A stretch of DNA of 64,000 nt from Octopus vulgaris (GCA_951406725.2 OX597815.1:118668001-118732000); one strand, 5' to 3'. Numbered from the stretch's first letter, positions 38,386 to 53,069 are shown. The notes: generated by a model not told the origin, from the letters alone. Made by a program: numbers and translations.

Positions 38386-38828
38386 TGTATGTATATATTT
38401 ATGTGCATGACAGGTTTCTTTCAGTTTCCATCTACTAAATCTATGCACAAGGCTTTGGTTAGTCTGATGCTTTAGGAGAAGACATATGTCCAAGGGGCCA
38501 CACAGTGGGAATGAACCTGGGAAGCAAACTTCTACTACACATCCCCTCCTAAACTTTCAACCCTTAATAGATTAATTCCCACTTTGCTTATTTAAGCTTT
38601 ATTCTATTTTTGTATTGAGATATAAAAAGGTATTTCACCTTTGGGTGTCAAACTTCAGATAAACTTAGCAACCTAATAATACTAAGTCCTTTTATAATTT
38701 AAGTAAATTTCATTCTATATAAATAGAGGTTGCTAACATATGCTGCTTAATAGCTACATAAATCTACAGAGTAACAAAAACTCATTGTCTCCCCTCCATC
38801 TCTCTTTTGTTCCCTTTTTCTGGCTCTT

Positions 38829-38873
<45 letters not shown>

Positions 38874-41800
38874 CATAAGTGTAAGCACATGTTCACATAG
38901 AGACAGATAAATGCACATGTATAGACACATGCTTATTATCACATAAAAAGTGCTGATCACTGAAAGTGGATGGTACCCATGGAAGAGGGGAGACCCACAA
39001 AGAGGTGAGATGAAGAGGTTGGACCTCATGGAGAAAATGACAATGGACTGAGATGTCTAGGGATATGAAGTTCTAGAAAAGACCCGCCCACATCAGCAAA
39101 ACTGAGTTCTAGAAACACTATGTATTCCGCCCACACTTAACAAGTAAACTTCTCACACACTCTACCACAACAAACCAAACTACATCTCTTCCTCACATTT
39201 CAGCTTCATGCACTATGCTTACCTCCCACTCCCAAAACCTGTCTTCTTGGCCCTGTGTCACTGAATCATTGCTCTCCCTAGCTCCTGACCTGTGTGTTCT
39301 ACCTACACTTTACAAGAAAATCTTTTACTCACCCTACCCTAACAAAACCAATCTACATATCCACATCTCTTTTCTTCCTCACATTTCCTCCTCCATATAC
39401 TATGCCTACTTCTCACTCTCCAATCCTGTCCTCACAGCCCTGTTCCTCTGTATCATTGCTATCCAGTAGCCCACCAACTCTATATATACCCAGGTATTTC
39501 ACCACTTACTCTCACTCTTTAATCACACTTCCTTCGCAATATCCTGCTCCTTATATTATGGTGTTCACACCTCCAGGGTATGTCCTGGCACTTGCACTCA
39601 TCTATATCTCTCTCTTCCTTTACTCAGCCATCCCATTTATATTCTGATCCCCATCCTTTGTGAGTATGTCTAGCATTTTGCCACCATCTCTATCCTGCTG
39701 TCTCCCAATCTGTCTCTCCTTCTCCTACACTTCCCTCAGGTTGGCTAACCATGTATTTCCTTTGCAGCAGCACACCTGTTTCTGTCTTCATTCCTGATCT
39801 CCCCATCCTACCCCCGGACGGGTAACCTTGTACTTCTTCTACACCAAGGCACCTGTTTCTGTCTCTTTCTCACTATAACTTTCATCATCCAATACAAGAT
39901 CACATCCTACCCTCTTGAAAGATTTTGTTTTTCATCTTGCAAATACTTGGTTACCCTGTCAATGCAAGTGCCACCTGCAAAGTGGTAGGCATATGGAAGG
40001 GCATTCAGATGTAAAAACCTTGCCAAAACTGACCTCACCTGTGCTTGTGCCACACAAAAGGCACGAAGTCCACTCTGCTGAGTGGTTGTTGTTAGGAAGG
40101 GTGTCCATCTGTAAAAATCCTGCTAAAACAGTTACAGAAGTCTGGCACAGGCTTCTACCTGGCCAGCTCTTGTGAAACCATCCCACCCATGCTAGCATGG
40201 AAGGCGGATGTTAAATGATGATGATGATGAATGTACAGAGTCAGTAAATAATCATACAATTTGTATACAAGCATAGATTTGTATACAAGCATAAATGTAT
40301 AAACTAAGATTTGTGTGTGTGTGTGAATGGAGAAAGAGTGATAGAAAGAGAGTGGGAGGAGGAGAGCTAGAGGAAGTGGGTATTATAGTGCTTAGTGCTG
40401 GTAACCTAAGGGTTTCTTCCAAGCAGCCAGCTTCATATGCAGATGTACCAAGGGTTGAAAGATCCTGTTTGGGAACCACTGATAATAATAACCAGTCGTC
40501 TTCATATGAAGATTTTGCTGTTAAAAATTTACAAGTAATAAATTGGTTATACTTCTCCAATATGCAAAATATTTTAACAACTTATATAGAATTCCTCATT
40601 GTCTTTTATTGTTTATCTTACTTGCTTCAGTCATTTAAGAGCAACCACTTGCCTCTCTCCCTTTACTCACCCATCCCATTTATATTCTGATCATTGAGGT
40701 TTGAATACCATAATATAAGGGGCAGGATATTGTGAAGGAAGCGTGATTAAAGGGTGCAGAGGTGAGTGAGTGGTGAAAACCTGGGTATATATAGAATCAG
40801 AGAGTGGTGGGGGGGCTACCAGATAGCAATGATAGAGCGCATTATAGTTGAACCTATCAATGGTAGTATTTTTTAAAAATATAAAGTCTGGTACTTATTC
40901 TATCAGTCTCTTTTGCCAAACCACTAGGTTTCAGGGATGTAAACACACCAACACTGGTTGTCAAGCATTGGTGGAGGATAAATGCATGCAAGTGCACATG
41001 CATGCACACACACTCACATACACACACACACGCATACACATATAGGCAATGGGCTTCTTTCAGTTTTCATCCACCGAATCCACTCACAAGGCTTTGGTCA
41101 GCCCAAGACTATTGTAGAAAATACTTGCTCAAGGTGTCACACAACGGGACCAAACCCAGAAATGCAAACTTCTTACCACAAAGCCACAGCTGCACCTATT
41201 AACATTACTTTCTAATATAGGCTCAAGGCCTGAAAGTTGAGGGAGGAGGATAATTGATTACATTGACCCCAGTGTTTTACTGGTACTTAATTTATCAACC
41301 CCGAAAGGATGAAAAGCAAAGTTGACCTCAGCAGAATTTGCACCTGTTAATAATGTGGGCTCACCATATTTAACTACAAAAATATAATAGGTTTTTGTTT
41401 GAAGCATCAAATGGCTATAAAACAGCAGTCAAAAGGATCCATAGGTAAAAAGTGGTTAGGAACCACTGCTTATTCTCCATGTTTTGGGCAGGACAGATAT
41501 TACGTAGATCTGAGTTCAAATCCAGACACAGTGCTGCTAACAGGAAAGAACTTGGGAATATGACAAGCTAATAAGAAAATCGCTAATTCAAAGTGGGTGC
41601 GCTGGAAGAATCGTTAGCACATCAGGTGAAACGCTTAGTGGTGCTTCACCTGTTGCTATGTTCTGAGTTCAAATTCTGCCAAGGTCGACTTTCCCTTTCA
41701 TCCTTTCAGGGTCAATGAAATAAGTGCCAGTTATGCACCGGGGTCAATGTAATTGACTTAGGCCCTCCCTCCAAATTCCAGCCCTTGCACTTATAGTAGA

Positions 41801-42594
41801 TTACTCAATAGATCAGTAATAATAAGCCAAATCTTTTTCAAATCAAACCCCTACCATCTTAAGATAATGGGATCTTGGATATGTTGTATTTGAATGAAAG
41901 ATGAGATATTCACAACTAAAATGCCACAGATCATAGATCTGCTTAATCAAGGCTGACCTGTGGTTAAACAGTAACAATAGGTTAAATATGGTTAAACAGC
42001 AATAACTTGGATGAGGTACAAACCTCATCTTTAAGGGTAGTATGGGTGAGTCAAGCTATGAGACGCTAACACTATGGTGATGGTGGTGATGATAATGATA
42101 ATCATGAAGAGGAGGAGGAGGATGAGGACAAGGAATTTTAATGATGATATGGATCAGTAGTGGTGGAAGTGATGATGATGATGATGATGATGATGGTGTT
42201 GGTAGTGGTGGTGGTAGTGATGATGATGATGGTGGTGGTGGTGATAATGATGATGGTGATGATGACGATGATGATGATGATGATGTTGATGATAATTTAG
42301 TTGAGAATGTATGTTAGTATGTATACATGTATGTCTATTGTCAGAAATGATAAGAATCACGAATTATATAATTAGTGCCCAAACATTAGTACTTTAAACA
42401 ACTAGTTGTTCTTTAGTCCTAAACCAACCACGACTGATAAAAAGTAATGCTTGTAACTGAAAACATTCCAGTGATAACTACCATTTTAGTGTTCTTCTCT
42501 TCCTCACCTCAAAACCAAACATCTCATTATTCCAACACTGAATCTCTCTCATCCTTATCAACCTATTTCACTCACCCCATGGTATATATATATA

Positions 42595-43140
42595 TATATG
42601 GTGGTGGTTTACTACCCCTTACGCAGAGTTTGACCGTTTCCTGTACTTACACCTTTGAACAATCATGGCATCTGATGTGGCTTTTTAAACCACAATGTTT
42701 TGGATCACCAAGAGCTGCAGTTAAGTTATGATCTTTGTGGATCTTAAAATGTCTTTTGAGGTCTCTGTTAGATTTGTAGACCCTCTAGCATACATTGTAT
42801 TAAAAGGTGTGCACAGACATGTAGGCAGAATAGTTGATGGAGGTTCGTTTTCCATGGGTTCACAAATGAGATTTGAGCCCAGCAAAAGAAAAGCATGGTC
42901 TGTCACAAACTGTGCACACAAAAAGGTCATTGTGATTCACCTTCTTGATCATAACATATAACCACATATCTACAAGTACATATGCCCCATTTACTATCTC
43001 TGCTTCCAGTCATCACTCCTAAGCACCCCAGGCCACATGTTATCAGCATTCATCGTTCACTTTAGCATTCATCCACCCTTATTAATACCCATCACACTTT
43101 CAATCCTTTCACTACCCTTTTACTCTAAATCCCACAGTGC
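42595..43140 (-). mobile_element. RTE/BovB-like LINE 3' end with decayed C2H2 zinc fingers
   Basis: FVCTVCDRPCFSFAGLKSHL*TH and a second NVC*RVYKS..LKRHFKIH motif, followed by an RTE-like tail into (TA)n. Confidence 0.65.
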
Positions 43141-43382
43141 TGAAGACTATAACTTAACGGGGTACAAAGCAACCTCACAAGTGTCGGTGCCAATATAATG
43201 ATATATAGGCACAGTGTGGCTGTGTGGTAAGAAGCTTGCTTCACAACCACATGGTTCCAGGTTCAGTTTCACGCTATGACACCTTGCACAAGTATCTTCT
43301 ACTATGCCCTCGGGTCGACCAAAGCCTTGCGAGTGGATTTGGTAGATGGAAACTGAAAGAAGCTTATATATATATATATATA

Positions 43383-43910
43383 CGAGCAAAATGGCCCCCG
43401 TCCAATGGACGGTGCTGAATCATATCTGCTGAATAAAAAGCAATCAGTGTTTTCTTTTCATTAAAAAAATAATTAAGCATGCCTTTATTTCAATAAATTT
43501 TTTAGTTTTGTTAAACGAAGTTAAGGAAAAAAAAAAACTTCTTGAGAAACCAAATAGTCTTTCCTTCCTTCATTTGAAGAAAATATCTCTTTTGCATCTT
43601 ACTTTTTTGGTCTCTTAAATATACTGCATTTTGCAGCATTATTTCAAGCCAGCTGGCATTTTTGCGCAAACTGCACGTGCATTTTTCTCACGTATGCGTA
43701 GTATCGATCACAACAGCTGATGTACTTGCACCTTCCCGCAGCTTTATCGATCGCATTCTCACCTGGAATCGATTTTTGTAATTTTTTCAAGACTTATACA
43801 CGCCCTGATACCATCGGTATCTAAATATCAAATTTGAGTGCAATCGGATGGAGGATGCCCGAGATCCTAGAAGACACACACACAGACAGAACGGATTTTA
43901 TATAATATAT
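43383..43910 (-). mobile_element. Second non-autonomous Helitron-like element
   Basis: Perfect hairpin CCGTCCAATGGACGG (43398-43412) 11 nt from a CTCG (CTAG-like) 3' end; the other end is ACAGACAGA..TTTTATATAAT; CpG-rich. Confidence 0.65.
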
Positions 43911-44017
43911 ATGGGTGTGTGTGTGTAAGTATAAGTTAGAGGTGTTTAAAACTTGTCCTTATTTTTGTTACCAATTTATCCTTGCCTTTTGCTCTTCTAA
44001 CCTCTACATATGACTAC

Positions 44018-44071
44018 ACATTCTGATGATGTCTACCATAACAACTGGTAAACAGAAACGTTCATAAATGT
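44018..44071 (+). ncRNA. Minimal type-I hammerhead ribozyme (Penelope pLTR-type)
   Basis: Stem I ACAUU/AAUGU; CUGAUGA at 44023; stem II UGUCUACCA/UGGUAAACA (8 of 9 pairs); GAAAC at 44055; triplet AUA, possibly a CpG-decayed GUA. Confidence 0.75.
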
Positions 44072-44171
44072 ACTATTACTACCACTTTTCTTTATTAATT
44101 AATTAAATTAATGGCTTACTAGCGCAAATGACTAACTTCTTCCTGTTATTTTTCCTCCATTTTCTTCTTGC

Positions 44172-44207
<36 letters not shown>

Positions 44208-44856
44208 GTATGTGTGTATATGTGTATGCATGTATGTGTGTGTGTGTGCGTGTCTGTGCTTGTGATTGTCCTCCACCACTGCTTGACAACGAATGTTGGT
44301 TTGTTTACATCCCTGTCACCTAGTGGTTTGACAAAAGAAACAGATAGAATAAGTACAATGCTTACAAAAATAAATCCTGGGGTTGATCTGTTCGACTAAA
44401 CGCTGTGCTTCAGCATGGCCACAGTCAAATGACTGAAACAAGTTGATGAATAAATGAAAATCACCCAGGACTATCTATAAAGTGGTTGCTGAAGTAACAG
44501 AGATATGGGGTCATACAAACCCCTTTGTCTTGACAAGGAAATAACTTCTCTAGCACTTGTGTCATGATGAAATACACTCAAGACATTCTGTTAAATGGTT
44601 GGTGATAGGAAAGGGCATCCAGATATAGAAAACCAGGTTGAAAATGAATCTTATGAGTGAGACCGTGGTTCTCTGACATGTGTTGGCAGCTTCTGGCTCC
44701 AAGTCCAAACCATGCCAGTATGTCATCATCATGACTACCACCATCGTCATCACTACCATGCGTGGTACCTTGGGCAAGTGTCTTCTACTATAGCGTCGGG
44801 CCGGCCAAAGCCTTGTGAGTGGATTTGGTAGACAGAAACTGAAAGATGCCTGTCGT

Positions 44857-45162
44857 TGCCTTCGAAACACGCTCGAGTTAACTAGCGACAGCTGATGACG
44901 GTGGATTTTTCCTTGTGTAGCATGTCCTGTACTTGTTTTCTTGTTGTAAATTTTTGTTTTTTCCGTTTCTACGTCTTGTTGTGGTGTCCTGTACTCACGT
45001 ATATTTATTTATATATGCATGTATATATACATGTAGATGTAGGTACGTACATATATGTTTGTATGTATGCATATATTTTTATTTATTACATTATTGTCTG
45101 ACAGCACCTCGCGTCGGGTTCGTTTCGATTCGTCGGTTCGTTCCACTTCTTGTCTCCATTTA

Positions 45163-45170
<8 letters not shown>
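44857..45170 (+). mobile_element. Solo piece of the Penelope 3' region inserted in a SINE-A
   Basis: 44859-45090 is homologous to 14498-14762; flanked by the SINE-A head (44758-44856) and tail (45250-45416). Confidence 0.8.
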
Positions 45171-45243
<73 letters not shown>

Positions 45244-46329
45244 CGTAGTATGTTTGTGTGTCTGTGTTTGTCCCCGTCAATTAGCGGTTCGGCAAAAAGA
45301 GACTGATAGAATAAGTACTGGGCTTACAAAAGAATAAGTCCTGGGGTTGTGTTGCTCGATTAAAGGCGGTGCTCCAGCATGGCCGCAGTCAAATGGCTGA
45401 AACAAGTAAAAGAGTAATGATGATGGAAAATGATGATGATGATGATAACCATCATGATGATAATGATTACAATGAAATCTGCAACTTGCTGAACACCTAA
45501 CAAACAGGTGGTTATAGATTAAATGTCCCTTATCGCTAAAAAAGTACAAATCAGAGAAAGGGAGAGGAAGAGAGGGTGAGAAAGGACGGGGTAGAAAGAG
45601 AGAAAGAGAGGGACATGGAAGGAAGGATAACAGTTTCCTAAGTTTTAGTAGAATTTTCGAAAAGATAAAAATTTGTTTTGGTACTGTGATATCGATTCCT
45701 GTAATTAAAAAAGAAAATATTGTCTATCAACCCTACCATGATGATAATGAAGATGACGATGATTATGATGATGATGATAACAATGATGATGATGATCATC
45801 ATCCTCATCATGACTATGAAGCCAAATTGGAGGATAGAGTTGCTTAACAAGGATAGGTATCACAGTATCAAAACATACACTTTGATATTAGAAAAATTCC
45901 ACTGAAGAAAATAACTGTTATCTCCCCACTTCTCACATCTTTTTCTCCCCATCCTTTCTCATCACCCATTCTCCCACACATCCCCTTCTCTCTCGAATTT
46001 GCATGTGTTTTAAACACAAGAGACATTTAATCTGCGACCACCTGATTGTGGGTGTTTAACAGGTTTCAGATTTCATTAATGTTAACCCACTAAATCAACT
46101 CCTAAATTACATGTGTTTGTTCTACCAGTGTAATCCTTCTTGCACATCAAATAACTTCACAGATTCATAACATTATAGGTCAAAATATAAGCTGATGGAA
46201 CAATTTTATGACATTTGTTTATGACAAATTAGTGGCATTTGTTTCAATTTACGTTTTGTTTTTTATATTATATAAAATCTGTGATTTTTACAATAAATAC
46301 TTCAGCATACTTAGATCTTAAAAACTTAC

Positions 46330-46440
46330 CCTTCTCTTCTAAGCTAGGAAATACCTTTATTCCTTGATGTTTTGCAAAACTCAGGTGGTACCCACAATGG
46401 AACATTATTGCTGCTGAATGCACAAAAGTTCTTGACTGCA
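46330..46440 (-). other. Candidate host exon (unverified)
   Basis: CTTTCTTTAG acceptor, AGG|GTAAGT donor and one open frame (LQSRTFVHSAAIMFHCGYHLSFAKHQGIKVFPSLEEK); no recognised homology. Confidence 0.25.
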
Positions 46441-49400
46441 GCTAAAGAAAGATTTTTTTATTTCTTTATTGCCCACAAGGGGCTAAACATAGAGGGGACA
46501 AACAAGGGCGAACAAAGGAATTAAGTTGATTACATCGACTCCAGTGCATAACTGGTACTTATTTAATCGACTCCGAAAGGATAAAAGGCAAAGTTGACCT
46601 CAGTGGAATTTGAACTGGGAACATAACGGCAGACGAAATACCGCTAAGCATTTCGCCCAGCGTGCTAATGATTCTGTCAGCCACCGCCCATAGCTGTAAT
46701 TAGAAGACTGACTGGCATAAAACCAGTCACAAACACACTCCACTCACAAGTCTACTGACCTTCTTTCTTCTTTCATTGTTTCCTATTGCAATATCCTCTA
46801 TTCCTACAATGTCCTTTATTTCAACAATGTCTTTTATTTCTACAATGTCCACTATTCCTACTATGTCTGGTATTCCTTGGATTAGGCTCGTTTCATGCCA
46901 TCTACTTCCATATTATTCTTGAATTACTTATGTCTCCTCCCCTGTCATAAATGTTGTGCACTATTTCTGCAACTTTCACCAGTGTCTGTTCTAATCATTG
47001 TGTCTTGCTTTCCTTGCACGAACATCAGCCTTCTAGGATTCTCTCCCCACACAAGTCATTCCTGACATCATTTAGTTTAAACAATATGAAAATGGCACCA
47101 AAATTCATTGATTTTGGTACAGGAATAGCTGTGTGGTAAGTAGCTTGTTTACCAACCACATGGATCTGGGTTCAGTCCCACTGCGTGGCACCTTGGGCAA
47201 GTGTCTTCTACTATAGCCTTGGGTCAACCAAAGCCTTGTGAGTGGATTTGGTAGATGGAAACTGAAAGAAGTCCATCGTATATATGCATAAATGTATGTA
47301 TGTGTGTGTATCTATCTTTGTCTGCCCCAACATCGCTTGATAACCAATGCTGGTATGTTTATGTCCCTGTAACTTAGTGGTTCGGCAAAAGAGACCGATA
47401 GAATAAGTACTAAGCTTACAAAGAATAAGTCCTGGCGTCGATTTGCTCAACTAAAGGCAGTGCTCCGGCATGGCCACAGTCAAATGACTGAAACAAGTAA
47501 AAGAGTAAGAGTAAAAGAGTAAAGGGAGTACCCAAAGTCTATGGGCACTGCTTTTTCTTTGCGGCCTAACTTAATCATAATCAGTCTTTGATTTGTAACA
47601 TAGGCACAGGGTCACACATTTTGAATTACCTTTGGCCTTGTTTCAGTCATTGGACCATGGCTATGCTGGAGCACCACCTTGAAGTGTTTAGTCAAACAAA
47701 TTGACACCAGTACTCATTTTTAAATTCAGGTAGTTATTCCATCAGTTTCTGTTGCCACATTGCTAAGTTACCAGTATGTAAACAAACCAACACTGGTTAT
47801 CAAGTTGTGAAGATGGGACCAGCACAAACACACACACGTGCGCACACATATACATATACATATATATGATGAGCTTCCACACAGTTTCCATCTAACAATT
47901 TTATTCACAAGGCAGTAGTAACCATGAGCTGTAGTAACAGACATTTGCCCAAGGTACCTCACTGTAAGATGAACCCTCAAAACCACATGGTTACGAAACA
48001 AATTATTTAACTACACAGTCACACCTGGTTTTTTAACAAAGTATAACTCTTTACTCTTTTATTCTTTTACTTGTTTCAGTCATTTGACTGCGGCCATGCT
48101 GAAGCACCGCCTTTAGTCAAGCAAATCGACCCCAGGACTTATTCTTTGTAAGCCTAGTAATTATTCTATTGGTCTCTTTTGCCGAACCGCTAACTTACAG
48201 GGACGTAAACACATCAGCATCGGTCGTAAAGCAATGTTGGGGGGACAAACACAGACTCACAAACATATACATAAACACACACATTCTTTTACTTCTTTCA
48301 GTTTCCGTCTACCAAATCCACTCACAAGGCTTTGGTCGGCCTGAGGCTATAGTAGAAGACACTTGCCCAAGGTGCCATGCAGTGGGACTGAACCACTTAT
48401 TATACAATAACAAGTTATCTAATAAGTTTATAATACAACTTGAGAGATATATGAAACAGGTTTAATAAATTTGGGTGTTATCTTGTAATTCTGAGTACGT
48501 GTCTTTTGACACAAATATCCATTATCGACAACTGAAGCATATTTTTGATATTTAATTAGACAGCCTGCTTCAGCTATAAATTCAGTCCTTACAAATGTCA
48601 AATTTGGACAGTAGTTATTAAAGGCAAAAAAAAAAAATGATTATAATAATCATTAATGAACACTATTTTGAAGGACATTACCTGAAACAGGAAGCAAAAA
48701 TATTTAATTATCACTTGTTACTCTAAATGAAAATGGAAAGCTCACGACATTCAGCTTCAAATGAGAAATACAAGCTATAAAGTTTTTCTACAGGCAAATC
48801 TCTGAGGATTCACAGAAAGCCTAAATTATATTGAGAAACAATGTATGTTTGCAATGTTGTTATCTAGTTCAGACATACATGCTGAGATGTGGGGAGAAAA
48901 TATGAAACTGATCAAAAGAAACTCTGCAGGATTAAGATTCTTTGACTTGAAATACAAATATTATTAACTTTAAAACTACAGAAGAAACTGGAAAATAAAT
49001 AAAATTTGTTTCACATGTAGGAGTGGGTGTGTGGTAACTAGCTTGCTTACAACCCACATGGTTCTGGGTTCAGTCCTACTGTGTGGCACCTTGAGCAAGT
49101 GGATTCTACTATAGCCTCAGGCCAACCAAAGCCTTGTGAGTGGATTTGGTAGACGGAAACTGAAAGAAGCCCGTCGTATATATGTATGTGTGTGTGTGTG
49201 TGTGCGTGCGTGTGTGTGCATGTGTTTGTGTATACGTTTGTGTGTCTGTGTTTGTCCTCCCAGCATCACTTGACAACCGATACTGGTGTATTTTTACATC
49301 TCCATCACTTAGCGGTTCGACAAGAGAGACCAATAGAATAAGTACTAGGTTTACAAAGAATAAGTCCTGGAGTCGATTTGCTTGACTAAAGGTGGTGCTC

Positions 49401-51577
49401 CAGCATGGCTACAGTCAAAAGACTGAAACAAGTAAAAGAGAGTATGCATTCAAGTCATTTTCAATAATAAAAGTCAGATAAAGAACTAATTATTGATTTG
49501 TGATTTGAAACTGTAAAGGCTCAAAGGAATTCTAATGTTCCAGCAGCAAACCACCACCTCAAAGGATTTGCTTCCAACATTCCTTGTCAACAAAACAAGT
49601 GTTACAACATGTCACAATTGGCACAAAAGAATATCATCATGCATTTCCCCATATTTGCGTGTCCCTTACATTTTAGTTTATAACAGTAGCTGTATCTTTA
49701 TTGTTTGACAAAACTTCATCCCAAAACAACAACATCAATAATATACTATACTGGCAGAGCAAAACCAAGCTTCAGCCACAAATCAGGGGCTCAACCTTAG
49801 AAATGATCAAATGTCTCCACTGTGTCAAATCTATAATAGATTTAACAAAACTGTTGCCCATATTGTGAATGAATGCGCTTGACTTGGCCAAAACCAATAT
49901 AAGTTGTGGCAACATGATGAAGTAGTGAAAGTGCTGCATTAGAAACTGTGAAAGGTGAGGGTATGAGAGAGGTAGGATGTAGTATGAGGACAAATTACAA
50001 AGAATGGCTGAGAAGGAGACTGGCAAAATCCTGTGGGATGTCCCAATCCAAACAGACCAGATGCTTGAGCACAACAAGCTGGATCTTTCAAGACATAGGT
50101 CAGCCCTGGGTTATAATAGAAAATGCTTGTCCAAGGTGAACTCAATGGGACTGAACCTAAAATCATGGGATTGCAAAGTGAGTTTCTTAAACACACAAGA
50201 AAACATGACTGCTATATCTTGTAGATTAAACACCTCATTATGATCCAAATTGAAAGAAAATGTTAGTAGATAAATACCAGAGATGCTCAGGTGGTTAAAG
50301 GACAGTTAGTGTAGTTAGAAACAAAAGAATGTAGTCTCTTCTTCAAAATGCAAATAGATATATTTCTAAAGAGACTCTTACACTTTGTAGGATGGGTGTT
50401 TTGATTAAGTAAACAAACAGACATAGATTTATGTTTAATTCATAGGTTGGAAGAATGTAACCTAAATGTTTAACATATCATTTTCTTTAATGCTAATGAA
50501 AAGAAATTAAAAGAGAAGCAGCTGAAGAAACAAGTTACACAAATTCTTTAAACATATTACTTGAGCCTAGGAAGTTGGTAGATGGTCAAGGAGAAGCAAA
50601 TGGCCATTTTTTGATATATTTTTTTTTGTATTTATCTTTCATCTTTTACTTGATTTAGTTATTGGGCTGCAGTCATGCTGGGGCACTGGCCAGAAGAGTT
50701 TAGTCAAACAAATTAATCCCTGTACTTTATTTTCTAATAAGTCTGGAATTTTTCTATCAGACTCTTTCACCAAACCACTAAATTGGACATAAACAAACCA
50801 ACACTAGTTGGACAAACACTCTTCCATTTTTTTCTTGTTTGTTGTTTCCTCGCCTGTCTATCTTTTGTCTTTTGCTGAAATACAATCTTTATTTCAATTA
50901 ATTTTGAAAATAATGAAGAATTTTGTAAAATAGCATAGTTATTATTAAGCTCGTGGTTGAAACAAATTAAATTAAGAAATTTTGATGGAAGATTTGACTT
51001 AAAAACAGTGAATTTGCATTATAAAATCAGGGGCAGCCCCATGTGGGGTGATATAGAAAGGGTTCATATGCTTCCTTCCTCTAGAACAATCTACTTCCTT
51101 CCTCTAGAATTAATAAGTAAGAAAAAAGTTAGGAATAATAGGTGCAGGCATAGCTGCATGCTAAGAAGTTTGTTTCTCAACAATTCAGTTCTGGGTTCAA
51201 TCCCACTGCATGGCATCTTCAGCAAGCGTCTTCTATCGAAGCCCTGACCAACCAAAAAGCCTTGTGAGTGGATTCAGTAGATGGAAACTATAACTGTATA
51301 TATATATATATGTATGTATATATCTGTATGTCTTCCACCACTGCTTCACAATAGTATTGGTATGTACACATCCCTGTAACTTAGCAGTTTTCCAAAAGAT
51401 ACTGAGAGAATAAGTTCTAGGCTTGAAAACAAAAACACTGAAGTTGATTTGTTCAATTAAACCCTTCAAGGTGATGCTCCAGCATGGCCACAATCTAATG
51501 ACTGAAACAGGTTAGCCTCAGGCTGACCAAAGCCTTGTGAGTGGATTTAGTAGACGGAAACTGAAAGAAGCTTGTCG

Positions 51578-51608
<31 letters not shown>

Positions 51609-52129
51609 ATGTATATGTTTGTGTGTCTGTGGTTGTCTCTCCAACATTGCTTGACAACCGATGGTGGTGTGTTTACATCTCCATCACTTAGTGGTTCGGC
51701 AAGAGAGACCGATAGAATAAATACTAGGCTTACAAAGAATAAGCCCTGGGGTCGATTTGCTCGACTAAAGGCGTTGCTCCAGCATGGCTGCAGTCAAATG
51801 ACTGAAAGAAATAAAAGAATAAAAGAATAAAAGAATAAAAGAATTACTAAAACTAATAAATGGTTAACTACTTTTTGAAGTCTGAGATGATCCAGGCCAT
51901 ATTTTACATATTTTTCTCAGTTGAGTAACATATCCAAGCTGATGTTTATTGGTTATTCAACTTAATTTGCAACACCTGTGTGTATTTGTCAGCTTTGTTT
52001 TTGTTGATAATTCTTATCAGCAACTATTCCTGTGATTGTGGTTTGAGAAGATATGCAGCAGTATGCTAAAGATTGGACATAATCTCTTGTGGGCAAGAAA
52101 TGTAAAATAAAGTTTATTATAAACAAAAT

Positions 52130-52420
52130 TATCCATCATCTTTCCAACAACAACCTTGGGCACCTTTTTGAATTCCATATGACAAACACTCACGGACATG
52201 TTTATAAAATCAAAAAACAACACAGCATCCATGACTTTTGGACATAGTTTTTCATGCTCAGAATTGCTGAAGCATGGAATAAACTACCTCCATCAGTTGT
52301 TAGCTGTCGAGACACTACATCTTTAAAATTTCCATACTTCTTGAAATCTGCCAACAGTACACCTGATGGCCTTTTTTTTAATTGTAGTGCACCTGAGCAC
52401 TGTATACAACAATTTCCTTC
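52130..52420 (+). pseudogene. CR1 3' fragment
   Basis: THGHVYKIKK..FF.LRIAEAWNKLPPSVV. Confidence 0.75.
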
Positions 52421-53069
52421 AATTCATCATATATACATGCTCACAATTTGTAAAATAATACTTCAGTTATTTCTGGTTACGTGGAGACACACAAACACAG
52501 TCTCATACAATTACATATACAAACAAACACACTAAAACATACAGTATCATACAGTTACATGCACACAAACACACACACACAATGAGCATCATATTTTTCA
52601 TTTATTTATTTTTATTATTGGAATGCTAACATTGAGGGAGGAAGAGGGTATACCAAATGAGTAAAACGGACTGACATATGTCAGTCCCACAAAACCGATT
52701 TTATTTACCCAGACAACACAAACACATTGTAATTTTAATAGCGTTTAATGTGATACCTGTTAAACAGAAATTATTTTTATTTAATGAAAATTTGATAAAA
52801 TCTAATCATAAGTAAGTGAACTTATGCTAAGTACAACTAAATTGAAAACTTTTGCCCCCTGGCCATATTGACAATTCTGAAAACTTTTGGGTGCGAATTT
52901 TACATGAACAGATTTTAACAAATTTTATCCTGGAAATCACCTGCATAAATTACACAGGTGCGCAATTTACATGAGTTTTTATGGCATATATATATACACA
53001 CAGTATATGTAGAGTCATTACTTGGACATACTAATACATGGAGCAAGTCATACTTTACATAGAGTAAAT

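Noticed and set aside
40295-40690. 131-aa ORF
   Set aside because: Spans microsatellite, a hAT-like terminus and SINE sequence; no motifs.
42690-42930. Host C2H2 zinc-finger gene
   Set aside because: Contains stops, lacks TGEKP linkers and is followed by a retroelement tail; better explained as RTE C-terminal fingers.
52668-52687. 20-bp perfect palindrome GGACTGACATATGTCAGTCC
   Set aside because: Probably a transposon subterminal hairpin; element boundaries could not be defined.
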